In this document: positions 49,901 to 62,700 of the stretch, in pieces
Numbering within the stretch: the stretch's first letter is position 1
How the letters are laid out: every line of letters starts with the position of its first letter
NCBI GenBank assembly: GCA_043228905.1
Contig: JBHGNT010000001.1
Span: 17,050,001-17,114,000 of the forward strand
Direction of reading: 5' to 3'
DNA from: Azolla caroliniana
Lineage: Eukaryota > Plantae > Polypodiophyta
DNA: 64,000 bases
Made by a program: the position numbers and the translations under genes
The notes under the pieces: model-generated
Told to the model about the DNA's origin: nothing
What the model saw: only the letters and a program-made list of their open reading frames with translations
The model's database searches: none

Positions 49901-52024
49901 GAATCTGAACAAGATATTACGGAACCCAGGAGATCTGGATGAGCTTGAAGGCAAACGAAGTTTTATCAACCGGGCCTCAACTACGTCCACTACATGGATG
50001 CAGGCAAACCACACACATATGACAAAGCTATGGCCACACCGGACGCTGAAACATGGCTGCAAGCCATGAAATCCGAAATGGACTCGATTCATTAGAATTA
50101 GACATGGGAGCTGGTCGAACTACTAGCAGGAAGAAAACCGCTACCTTGCAAATGGGTGTTCCGATACAAGTATGTATCCGACTTAGAGAAACCCAAGTAC
50201 AAAGCTTGACTTGTTGCGAAAGGATTCAAACAGGAATATGGGGTCGACTATGACGAAATATTCTCACCAGTAGTCAAGATGACCACCCTCCGACTCCTAC
50301 TAGGAGTCATGGAGATAGAAGATCTACAACTTGAGTAGATGGATGTAAAGACGACATTCCTACACGGAGATATGGAAGAAGACATATACATGTCTCAATC
50401 GGAAGGCTTCACGGTGACGGGGGAGGACAGTCACCTCGTATGTCGACTAAAGAAAAGTGTATATGGCCTAAAACAAACACCGAGAATGTGGTACTAGAAG
50501 TTTGACTCCTACATATGGTAGCTTGGATACAACCGATCAAACTCTGACCCATGCATCTATGTTCGGCAATAGGCCGATGAGTCAAGGATCTATTTGATCC
50601 TATATGTTGACGACATGTTGATTGTAGGGAAAAATCAAGCAGAGATCGGTAAGCTGAAGCGAAGCCTTCACACAAAGTTTGCGATGAAGAAACTCAGACA
50701 AGCTCGACACATACTAGGCATGAGGATAGAGCAAAATTGGACAACCAAAAGTCTTCGACTCTCCTAGTCCAAATACATTCACAAGGTGCTAAAGCAATTC
50801 AACATGGAGAATGCGACGCCAACACTGACACTGTTTCCGATGTCGATCAGACTATCGGATAGAGACTCTCCTGCAACGGACAAGGAGAGAGAGCTTAATG
50901 GAAAGATACCCTACGCATCGGCAGTAGGAAGTATCATGTACGCAATGGTGGCGACCCGACCCAATCTAGCTTATGCCATAGGGGTGGTCAGTAGGTACAT
51001 GTCAAACCCAGGAAAGAAGCATTGGGAGGCCGTCAAGCACATCCTTAGGTATCTGAAAGGAAGCATGGATGCACAGCTGACATTCGGTTCGACAACATCA
51101 ACCGAAGTCGAAGGCTACACCGATTCTGACTATGTCGGAAACACGAACAAGCAGAAATCGACATTAGGCTACATATTCACCTATGGTGGTGGTGCGATAT
51201 CATGGAGGTCGAAACTGTCTACCACAGAAGCCGGGTACATAGCAACATCGGAAGCAACGAATGAAGCGATCTGGCTTCGAAACTACAAGCCGAACCAACC
51301 GACCAACACCGACCATCTATTGCGACTCACAGAGAGCAATACATCTTATCAACAACCCCATCTATCATGCGAAGACGAAGCACATTGAGGTGCGGTATCA
51401 TCATATCCGGGAGCTCATCACCGAGAAGAAACTCAAAGTCTGGAAGATCGACACCGAGGTGAACATCGCCGATTGCCTGACGAAGCCACTCCCAGATCAA
51501 TGCTTCGGAACGCTAAGGACGAAGTTGGGGCTACGACAAGCGAGCGAGCAAAAGAAAGCCGAACGAGGAGCAGAAGGTAAGAGCTGACCGACAACTCATA
51601 CTATACCTCTGCCAACTCGGCTACTTGCCGACAGACTTGTAACATAAGATCTAGTTAAAATTGTAATCTAGGTTTACGAGGGAGAAAACCCCAAGCACTT
51701 GTACATGCAAGAAAGACTAGTCCTTTTACGGGGGAGTTTGTTGGCATAAAAGGCTGACTCCTTCCAAATTGTATCCGTCCTAGTGTGAACTTGTTAATAA
51801 GTTAAGGCTTACTATATAAGCGAATACCTAACATTGTAATGAGTGATGACGAGTGTAATTCTGAGAGAGAGAAAACTCTCTATGTAGAAACAAGAAGCTT
51901 TCCATTGAAGCTCGTATTTGTGTAAGTGTCAATAAGCCCTTTCTACTTTCTATTTACGTTGTTTGCTGTTCATAGCAAAACGATCCGAGCAAACACTTCC
52001 GCATAAACACCGACATATTCCACA
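46936..52024 (+). mobile_element. Full-length Ty1/Copia (Tnt1/Tork-like), degraded ORF, in Tcn1 RNase H
   Basis: 286-bp LTRs at 46936-47221 and 51739-52024 (about 19 differences). TSD ATTTT. tRNA-iMet PBS TGATATCAGAGCC at 47224-47236. PPT GGGGGAG. Domain order gag-PR-IN(RSDNGGEY)-RT-RH. Confidence 0.95.
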
Positions 52025-52858
52025 ATTTTGCGTTGGGTAGCATTCTGTCACAACAAGGCGATGATGAAAAGCTCCATCCTGTGGCTTTCCACTCACGCAA
52101 GTTTGACGCCACCGAAATCAACTATGAAATTCATGATAAGGAGCTATTAGCAATAGTGGACTCTTTTACGCAATGGAGGCCTTTTCTAGAGGGATCTTAT
52201 CATCAAGTCACTGTACTCAGTGATCACAAAAACCTTGCCTACTTTTAGAATGCTCATGTGTTAAATCGACGTCAAGCTCAGTTGGCCCAATTCCTCACTC
52301 ATTTCGACTTCAAAATTACATATCATCCGGGGAAGCAACAAGGGAAGGCATATGCATTATCACGACACTTGTATTTAGCACTGCGTCTTGGCGATCCGGC
52401 TTTCGATCACCAAAAGCAAGTAATCCTAGGACTAGCACGACTGCAAGCAATGCAGGTCTTCGGAATGCCCTTGGATTCCCACGTTATCGATACCATACGT
52501 GAGGACTTGAAGACAGATGCTTTCGCCCAAGCCATTCTAGCATAAATTGGTCCCTCTCGAGCATCTTGTTCACAATCGTAATAACCAGGTACGGACTATC
52601 GACAATTCCAATGTCATGCTGGATTACTATTCTTTAAGAAACTCTTGTATGTTCCTAATGTTTCTTGTCTCCTTCAAGTAGTCCAAAAATTGTCATGACA
52701 CATATACAGCTGGGCATTTTGGTAGTACTAAAACATTAGATTTAGTACAACGATCATTCTGGTGGCCCCATATGCGACAATTTGTCGAAGATTTTGTTGA
52801 GACTTGTGATACATGTTGCTGAGCAAAAATGCCAAGGCATCATCCGTATGGTTTATTA

Positions 52859-55800
52859 GAAACAAGTTGTTTTCAGTTTGCCAAAGTTTAGTGGTCGGAA
52901 GGCTCATGTATGTGAGGCCTTCCAACTCGGGAAGCAACACCGGCTTCCATTCCCCATCGAACGAAACCGGAGCCTTAACAAGCTCGACCTTATTCATTTA
53001 GATGTATAGGGACTGACACAGAATGGTAGTCTTGGCGGGTGTCGATACTTCATCTCCTACATTGACGACTATAGCCGGCACACATGGATCTATCTCATCG
53101 AGCGGAAGAGCGAAGTCTTCAAGTGTTTCTGGAAACGGAGAGGAAGATCAAGTGCCTGTAGTTGGATGGCGGAAAAGAATATTTTTCCGGTCAATTCAAC
53201 ACTTATCTACAGCAAAAAGGAATTCGAAGAGAGTTCAGCTGCAGATACACATCGGAGCAAAACGGTGTGGCCGAAAGGAGGAACTAGTTGCTTATTGACG
53301 CGGCAAGGGTGATCCTGGAGGAGAAGATTATGCCTAAATTCTACTGGGCTGAGGTGGTCCGAACGGCCGTGTACATCCAAAACCGGATTGGTGACAAGGT
53401 GTCCGCGCATGAGTTGTATTTCGGGCACAATCCGAATTTCAGACACCTTCGGATATTCGGTAGCATTGCATATGTGCATGTGCCGGATAAAAAGCTGAGG
53501 AAATTGGATGCAAAGTTGGAGATGTGCATCTTAGTCGGTTACTCACATGAGCAAAAGGGGTATAAGTGTTATAACCCCCGGACGAAGCAGGTCTGAGTTA
53601 GCCAGGATGTTGAGTTTGATGAGACGGCATCATGGTATGCCTTACCGGCTCCGACTTCCGACCCCGACCCGATACTAGAGGATGAGGCTAGTGAGCCTGA
53701 ACCGGTCTAGTTAGAAGATGAAGGGTTTGAGACTCTTGATGAGTCCGGAATCGTTTCGGTTGAGCGGGCCGAACTAGTGGCTGAGTTAGGATGACCAGTC
53801 GGATGAGGAACCAACGAGTAGTGGAGACTCTGTCGTGCTCTCCCTGTGCAAGGAACCGAGGAGATGGTTCACGTGCAAAGAGAAGGGGAAGAAGAAGATA
53901 CCAGAATACGAAACTGGCAACGTTGAGTTGGATAGGAGCGAATCCGACTCTGGAAAGGATAAAGGTGGATCTTCGGGAACGAAGTTCGAAGCGGCCAAGA
54001 AGGGCCTCAAACCGGGTAACGATAGATTATGCCAGTCTTCCTGCCAGAAGAACCCTGTGAAACGGTACGGGTACAATGAGTACATGGTGCATCACTATGT
54101 GTACATGACCAAGGTGGCGAAAGTGCATGAGCTGGAGAGCTACGCAGAAGCGGCAAAGGACGCGAATTGGCGTGTCGCTATGGAGGAAGAAATGCAACTA
54201 CTTGATGCAAACGACACATGGGACCTAGTTGACCCTCCCCAACACTGTAAACTGATCGGATGTAAGTGGGTGTACAAGGTAAAGTAAAATGACTCCCCGA
54301 CACTGTAAACTATTCGGTGAACCGGTACAAGGCCCGGTTAGTGGCAAAGGGATACGCACAAACCCACAGAATCGACTAGGACGAGACCTTCACTCCGGTA
54401 GCAAAGATGACGACGGTTCGTGTGGTGCTGGCGGTTGTAGCGGCAAGGGGGTGGAATCTTCACTAGATGGACGTGAAGAATGCATTTCTTCAAGGTGATC
54501 TTGAAGAAAAGTTCTTTATCATCCAACCCTCGATTTTCAGTCGGAGATGAACAAGTCGGTGGTATGCCGGCTGAAGAAGTTACTTTATGGCTTAAAGCAA
54601 GCCCCTCGAGCTTGGAATGCGAAGATCACGCACTGGTTGCATAAGATGGGGTTTGCGGCCTCCAAGTCTGACTCTTCCTTGTTCATTCGACAAGGTCCAG
54701 ATGGTCCAGTTTGCATCTTGCTATATGTTGATGATCTAGTCATCACCGGACCCGGAGTTGATGAAATCAGCCGAGTCAAGTCCAACTGTCCGATGCATTT
54801 GAGATGAAGGACCTGGGGGACCTTCATTATTTCCTTGGGATCGAGGTGATCCAAACCCCCGAAGGCATATTTCACTCACAAAGACACTATGTGTTGAATA
54901 TGTTGTACAAGTTCAGCATGAAGGAATGCCAACCGATCTCCACACCCCTGGACCGGAACCAGAATCTTCGTCCCGACTCTGGACCAACCTGCGATGAGAA
55001 GCGGTTTCGACAAATCGTTGGAAGCCTTATATATTTGATAGTCACCCGACCCAACATCGGTTATCCAGTTGGCGTGATCAGCCAATATATGTAGAAGCCG
55101 ACCGTGGAACACCTTTTGTGCGCGCATCGAATTTTGCGATATGTGAGTGGCACGGAGGACCGAGGACTGTTATACCAGCATTGTATAACCGAAGAGCTAG
55201 TCGGCTACACCGATGCCGACTGTGCCGGCAATGCATCAGATCGCCGATCCACCTCCGGCTATATGTTTTCCCTTGGTAGCACGGCTGTTGCGTGGAGCAG
55301 CAAAAAGCAGCCAACAGTGGCCCTTTCGAGCACTGAGGCTGAATACCGGGGCAGTATCGTTGCCACCTATGAAGCCATTTTGCTCCTGCGACTCCTACAT
55401 GACCTACGGATGGAGGTGCCGACCCTGATCCTGATCTACTACGACAACATCAGCAGCATGCAACTCGCCAAGAACCCCGTAATCCATGCTCACACAGAGC
55501 ACATTGAAGTGCACTACCACTTCTTGTGTGAGCGTGTCCTGAGCGGCGAAGTCGAACTTCGGTATGTTCATACGGATTGGCAAGTTGCCGACATCTTTAC
55601 GAAACTGCTCGGATCGGACAAGTTGCAACACTTCACCGAAATGCTTGGTGTTCAGCATCTCAACGTGCCACACTTGAGGGGGAGAACGGGCAAAGACACC
55701 GAAATAGGCAAAGGCAAAGAAACTGCCGATTGCGCCGGTGAGGGAAGAATCGACAAAGGGAAAGACAAGAAGAAGAAAGGAGCCGAGTAGACAAACAAAG

Positions 55801-56745
55801 TTGACACATTTGAACAAGTCGGAAAAAGTGGCAGTGGCAGTAGAGTCAAGAAGGATAGAGCTAACCGAGAAGAAGGCCAAGACCTGGACATGGTCCGATG
55901 TGGTGAAGGGCCTAGAACCGGAAGACGAATCAGGAGCGACCAATTCAGACAAGAGCTGGAACAAATCAGAGACAATTGATTCGGTTCAACAAACAGATTC
56001 GGAAGAACCGGATCAATTCAAGGCTAAGAGGACGAGAAGGCAGCGAAAGTCGACACCAACACGTAGGAATCAGCGAATCGGCAAGAGCCTAAGTCACAGC
56101 TGTGAGGGAGCTTAATCGGGCCTGTTGAGCAGACAAGCCGACCAAGGAGGTCGAGGTGCGCAGAATCAGAAGGGTCGCGGCAAACGGGACTACACCGGAC
56201 GAGGAGCGCGAGCGAGGCGGAGTGACGCCAGAAGGAGCCGGGTAGAAGGACCGACTACTACGGAGATTGACACTACGATCCGAGCTCAAATTGAGCTTGA
56301 GGGGGAGTGTTGAGCAGCAAGCTCAACTGGATCTGGATCGGCTGAATAAGCCTAAGCCGGATCGGCATCCGGAAGGATGAGCCGGATCGGTGAGCCGGTG
56401 AGCAAGTGGGCCGGTGAGCTATGGAGCCGGTTAGCCGGATCCAGTAGTAACCGGAAGCCTAGCAATAGCCTAGACTACTAGGTAGTTAATGTCTCGTAGT
56501 TAGTGTCAGACGCTTGTGTGAGCATTGAAGTACACCGTACTTCTGTCAGTCCTTGTAGGACTTTTATAAATAGTGTTGTTTAGCATGTTGTATGTACAGA
56601 GAATTTTATAGGGTTGTTATGAATAGATTTAAGTTGTTCTAATCTTTCTTTGTTTCTCCTGCGTACTCTGTATATTCAAGCTCTCCATTAAACCTACGTT
56701 TCTGTGTTTGGTTTTCTATTGCTTCCGCACGCTATTCCTTTTACA
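52859..56745 (+). mobile_element. 5'-truncated Ty1/Copia (related to 30843-40028 and 59772-64000)
   Basis: IN, RT (YVDD) and RH (KKQPTVALSSTEAEY). PPT GAGGGGGAG. 3' LTR 56308-56745. Confidence 0.9.
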
Positions 56746-57347
56746 AGAGGGAACTTGCCAGACAACTCTACACAACATACCAGGAAGCCAACGAAACCAT
56801 CCCGCAATTTATAATCCAGTTTTAGACATTGTACAACCAGCTCACAAGGGCATTCCCAGAGGACAAAGCGAAGACAATCTTTTTGGCTACACTCTAGGAA
56901 CCACTCCAAACGATGCTAGTTGTGCTAGATTTCCGTACGAACACCATTGATGAAGTCATTGACCTGATTCTGGAATTGGATCAGGCTCAAAACGGAAACT
57001 ACATGGCGATGAGGGCCTTCCAACGCGTGTTGCCAAGAGAGGAGGACCTGTGATTCCGGAAGGTAGTACAGTGCACAACGTGTCTCAACCCTGTTCATTC
57101 CAATGTGGAATGTACGATGAGGACCCAATGTATGTTGTGTCACTCTTGGTCACACACCATAGACCGGTGTGAGTATAATTTATTAAATCGATAAGCAACG
57201 CTGGTCTGAGAAATTGAGCCCCGGGATGATCGATGACCGGATGAGGAGTGGTTCCGACGAGAGGGTCGTTACAGTCCAGAACATGGATACCAGTACGATG
57301 ACCGACAAAGAGAGGATTATGTTTGGGACCGCAATGAATGAGATTAC
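56746..57347 (+). pseudogene. gag fragment of the element B/C family
   Basis: Translates through stops to ...QCTTCLNPVHSNVECTMRTQCMLCHSWSHTIDRCEYNLLNR, matching 18561-19346. Confidence 0.85.
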
Positions 57348-57434
57348 TGTCAAGTATAGTATTGAAATAGAGAGGAAATTAGTATTAAGAGATGAAGATT
57401 AGTATTAAGAGGAAAAGAGGGTGCAAAACAATTC
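57348..57434 (-). repeat. Terminal stub of a Tcn1-family LTR
   Basis: tgtcaagtatagtattga...ttagtattaaga resembles the reverse complement of 40380-40448. Confidence 0.55.
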
Positions 57435-57919
57435 AGATAGATTCTATTATCATCTTGGAAGGTCAAATATGACCTATGAGACCAAAAATATTACATTTCA
57501 CGTGATACGTGTGAAAGTGAGTAGTGACTCTTGATGTTCAAGAACTTTACCAATGAATGTTGCAATTGAGAGTGCACATTGTGGTTGTGAGAGGAATTCA
57601 TGCAAGGATTGGGCTCGATCGAAGAGATGTGGAAAGCATGGTCGAATATGATCAAAGGCAGACCATTGTATCAAAGTGTGATATTCCGACTCGCGAACAT
57701 GTTTAGGGCAAGTGTACATAGCTGACCACTCTCATCACTTGTGCCCCAACGCCTTGTCTCACATCACAATGCATGTGAGCTAAGTCGCATGGAAGCAATG
57801 GTTCGAATGGCAGATAAAGATATGGCCTCTAAGATGTATCGATGTGTACGACTTCCCCATTCGCCAAGAATATGGTTTTGTAGTTAAGTGCAACATGTAT
57901 ACTATAATGTGTGAAGCGT
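57435..57919 (-). mobile_element. 3' end of a second RTEX-like LINE copy
   Basis: Reverse complement of about 37689-38175 (ESEYHTLIQ...LLTFTRIT) with a short ATCT tail. Cut by the LTR at 57920. Confidence 0.92.
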
Positions 57920-59697
57920 TGTCGTGAAAAATACATCACTACATGCGGATCATGAGGCGAAATAGCCGGGGTTCCGAGGTTCTGGATCGGAAGGATTCAA
58001 AGTTTGCACTAGCTTTAGCGAGAAAGTATTTAAGATAGATTGAAAGAGAGAGAGATTGAGATAAGATAGAACGCTTGACTTTAGATTGAGAGAGATTGAA
58101 ATGGAGAGAGTGATTAAGATAGAATCCTTGACTTTAGATTTCAGGAACAAGATATATCATCAAATGAATTTTCTTCTTCTTAAATTCTTGATTAATACCT
58201 AGCCCCCTTTTGATCTTTTTCATCCACTCTTCTATAGATGCCCCCATGCATATGATACATGTGAGGGTACAAGACATGCATACAATGCATGGAATGCATG
58301 TGCATGCATGTTTGTTACTTGGTGCTCATGCATTACATGTGATGCATGATAACCATGTCACTCATTCAAGCTCTAATATGAGAATTTACATGTGAAAATA
58401 TAATGATAGAAAAAACATTTCTAGAGAAATGACTTGTCTTAGTGGTAAGTTTATTGGCTCCAATCTTGGAGGTGCAAGATTCAAGCCTTGCTTGCATCTC
58501 TTTGAATACAAATTTTTACTAGGTTTTTTAGTCTAGATGATTTTGTTCATTTCACACTGAAATTGGCACGATCAACCTATCTGATCGATCCGTCTATCCG
58601 GACCATCTAGTACGCATCTAACTCGGTGATCCGATCCGGTTTGGTTTTGGTTCCGTTGCCGTCCGTCCGGTCCGGTCCTCCAAAACCGTTACGAGTAGTT
58701 AAGCCACAGTTTAGACCAAGAACATTTTGTGCTCCACACAGAAAAAAAGTAAGAAGTTCTTTTTCCCAAACTTCACATTCACATAACTTGACATTTAGTT
58801 GTCGTTTCAAATGTAGTAAAGTACATTCGGAATCTCTTGAAGACATCCATCTTTTCGTACCAATATATTAAACTAATCTAAAATAGTATCTTTACTATTA
58901 TTGGTTCATATCATGTGTGAAGAACCACACTTGATTTTGTATGTTCCTTGCAATTTTCACACCATTGACGAAAATCTTCACGACATCCACCCCCACCAAA
59001 CCGCACGTCCTCCGATACAGGCCAAGAAGAGAGAGTTTGAGATTTCAGCTACGATGATTAATCAGATTCCTCCATGTCCTCGTTCACATAACTCAATTCT
59101 TCATCGTCAAGGTGATCGAGGTCAGGATCCTCGTCTTGTCTTTTCTTGAAAATCTTTACTCTTTTTCTCGGAATGGGTATGGCCAACCTTGATCCGTCTA
59201 GCTCCGCAAGGTGGTATGTGGCATTGTCCTTGACACTTGTCACCACATATGGTCCAAACCATCTTCTTGCTAACTTTCTTGTTGTCCTGTGTTGATTGTC
59301 AAGGGTGTTGTCGTAGAACAATACCCAATCTCCTTCTTTGATCTTCTTGGGACATAGTTGATGTGTCTTATTGAACCGAATCTTGTTCTTCACTTGGGCT
59401 GCCTCCATCATCTTTCGCAATTTTTCTAGATCTTCAGGCCTTCTTTCACGCTGCCTTATCCGTGCCGCCAATAATTCTTCTCAACTCATCTCGTTCTTCC
59501 ATGGTATCGCTACCCATGAGGCGATCGTCCTTTCAATGGGCATTACCGGTTTCTGTCCATACATAAGCTCTATTGGCATATACCATGTCATTGAACTGTG
59601 TGTAGTTCTGTCAGGCCACAAGGTATAGGGCAATAGTCGTGGCAAGTTTCCAACTCGACCGTTGCATGCTCGTACGATGCCCTTGACAATTGGTCCA
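57920..59697 (-). mobile_element. 3' end of a Gypsy of the element A lineage: integrase C-terminus, PPT and 3' LTR
   Basis: LTR 57920-58985 (TGTCG...CGACA). PPT-like GGTGGGGGTGGA at 58986-58997 (-). Integrase ...ARRWFGPYVV...YHLAELDG is homologous to 755-1330. Confidence 0.9.
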
Positions 59698-59771
59698 TGT
59701 AATAACCAACATCATTAATCCTAAAATAAAGATATAAATGACACAATCATACTGAAAATATGCGTTACCAC
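59698..59771. repeat. Possible LTR stub between the integrase and the Copia
   Basis: AT-rich 74 bp starting TGTAATAACC that matches neither neighbour. Confidence 0.35.
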
Positions 59772-62700
59772 TGTAAAAGGAATAGCGTGGGGAAGCAATA
59801 GAAAACCAAACACACAAACGCATGTTTAATGGAGAGCTTCAATATACAGAGTACGCGGGAGAGACAGAGAAAGATTAGAACAACTTAAATCTATTCATAA
59901 CAACCCTGTAAAATTCTCTGTACATACAATGTGCTCAACAACACTATTTATAAAAGTCCTAAGAGGACTGACAGAAGTACGGTGTACTTCAATGCTCACA
60001 TGAGCGTCTGACACTAACTACGAGACATTAACTACCTAGTAGTCTAGACTACTGCTAGGCTTCCGGTTACTGCTGGATCCGGCTAACTGGCTCCCCAGCT
60101 CACCGGCCCACTTGCTCACCGGCTCACTGATCCGACTTAGGCTTATTCAGACGATCCGAATCCGGTTGAGCTTGCTACTCAACACTCCCCCTCAAGCTCA
60201 ACTTGAGCTCGGATTGTACTGTCAGTCTCCGTAGCAGCCGGTCCTTCCACCCGGCTCCTTCTGGCGTCACTTCGCCTCGCTCGCGCTCCTCGTCCGGTCC
60301 GGTCCCATTTGCCGTGACCCTTCTGATTATGCACACCTCGACCTCCTTGGTCGGCTTGTCTGCTCAACAAGCCCAATTCAGCTCCCTCGCAACTGTGATA
60401 TCGTCGCTTGCCGATTCGCCGATTCTTTCGTGTTGGCGTCAACTTTCGCTGCCTTCTCGTCCTCTTGGCCTTAAATTGATCTGGTTCTTCCGAATCTGTT
60501 TGTTGAACTGAATCGACTATCTCCGATTTGTTCCAGCTCTTGTCTGAATCGGTCGCTCCCGATTCGTCTTCCGGTTCCAGGCCCTTCACTACATTCGACC
60601 ATGTCTGGGTCTTGGCCTTCTTCTTTCGGTTGGCTCTGTCCTTGACTCTGCCAACGCTGCCGCTTGTTCCGACTTGTTCGGATGTGTCAACTTCCTTTGT
60701 CGACTCGGCTTCTTTCTTCTTCTTGTCTTTCCCTTTGTCGAATCTTCCCTCACCAGCGCAATCGGCAGTTTCATTGCCTTTGCCCATTCCGGTGTCTTTG
60801 CCCGTTCTCACACTCAAGTCTGGCACGTCGAGATGTTGAACACCAAGCATTTCGGTGAAGTGCTGCAACTTGTCCGATCCGTATGAACATACCAAAGTTC
60901 AACTTCGCCACTCAAGACATGCTCACGCACGAAGTGGTAGTGCACTTTGATGTGCTTTGTGCGAGCATGGAATACGGGGTTCTTGGCGAGCTGCATGCTG
61001 CTGATGTTGTCGCAATAGATCAGGATCGGGGTCAGCACCTCGATCCGCAAGTCTTGCAGCAGTCGCCGAAGCCAAATGGCTTCACAGGTGGAAATGGTAG
61101 CGCCCCGTTATTTAGCATCAGTGCTCGAAAGGGCCACTGTTGGTTGCTTTTTGCTGCTCCATGCAACAGTCGCGCTACCAAGGGAAAACATATAGCGGTC
61201 CCCAGACATCTGATGCATCACCGGCCCAGTTGGCATCGGTGTAGCCGACTAGCTCTTCAGTTATACCATGCCGGTATAACCGTCCCCGGTCCTTCGTGCC
61301 GCTCACATATCGCAAAATTCGATGCGCGCACAGAAGGTGCTCCACGGTCGCCTTCTGCATATATTGGCTGATCACGCCAACCGGATAATTGATGTTGGGT
61401 TGGGTTATTGTCAAATATATAAGGCTTCCGACGATTTGTCGGAACCGCTTCTCATCGCAGGCCAGTCCGGAGTCGGGACAAAGCTTCTGGTTCCGGTCTA
61501 GGGGCGTGGAGATGGGTCGCCATTCTGTCATGCCGAACTTGTACAACATATTCAACACATAGTGTCTTTGTGAGAGCGATATGCCGTCGGGGGTTCGGAT
61601 CACCTCAATCCCAAGGAAATAGTGAAGGTCCCCCAAGTCCTTCTTCTCAAATGTGTTTGATAGTTGGGACTTGACTTAGTTGATTTCATTGAGTCTGGGT
61701 CCGGTGATGACTAGATCATCAACATATAGCAAGATGGAAACCGGACCATTTGGACCTTGCCGGATGAACAAGGAAGAGTCGGACTTGGAGGCCGCGAACC
61801 CCATCTTACGCAACCGGTGCGTGATCTTTGCATTCCAAGCTCGGGGGGCTTGCTTTAGGCCAGAAAGTGACTTCTTCAGCCGGCATACCGCCAACTTGTT
61901 CAGGTTCGACTGGAAACCGGGAGGTTGGATCATAAAGAACTTTTCTTCAAGATCTCCTTGAAGAAATGCATTCTTCACGTCCATCTGGTGAAGATGCCAC
62001 CCGCATGCCACTGCAACCGCCAGCATCACACGAACCGTCGTCATCTTCGCTACCGTAGCGAAGGTCTAGTCTTAGTCGATTCCGTGGGTTTGTGCGTATC
62101 CCTTCGCCATTAACCAGGCCTTGTACCGGTTAGCCGAACCGTCGGCATTGTACTTTACCTTGTACACCCACTTACATCCGATCGGTTTATAGTGTCGGGG
62201 ACGGTCAACTACGTCCCCTGTGTCGTTTGCATCAAGTGCCCGCATTTCTTCCTCCATAGCGGCATGCCAATTTGCGTCCTTTGCTGCTTCTGCTAAGATC
62301 TCCGGCTCACACACTTCCGCCACCTTCGTCATGTACGCATAGTGATGCGCCATGTACTCATTGTACCTGTACCCCTTCACGGGGTTCTTCTGGTGGGAAG
62401 ATCGCGTAATCTATCGTTACCCGGTCTGAGGCCCTTCTTGGCCAGTTCGGACTTCATTCCCGAAGATCCACCTTCATCCTTTCCGAGGTCGGATTCGCTC
62501 CGATCCGACTCAATGTTGCCAGTTTCGTATTTCGGCATCTTCTTTTGCTCATGTGAGTAACTGACTAAGATGCATATATCCGACTTTGCATCCAACTTCC
62601 TTCGCTTTTCATTTGGAACATGCACATATGCAATGCCGAATATCCGAAGGTGTTCGTCTTGCGCCCGAAATACAGCTCATGCGCGAACACCTTGTCACCG

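Larger units (their letters stand above)
40029..52858 (+). mobile_element. Tcn1-type chromoviral Gypsy, 3'-truncated, hosting three insertions
   Basis: 5' LTR at about 40029-40479. Gag KFDGTRSQFRGFL, PR DSGA, RT HRPYDCPIDLQPG...YLDD, RH NYEIHDKELLAI. The IN zinc finger ends at PYGLL (52858). Confidence 0.88.
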
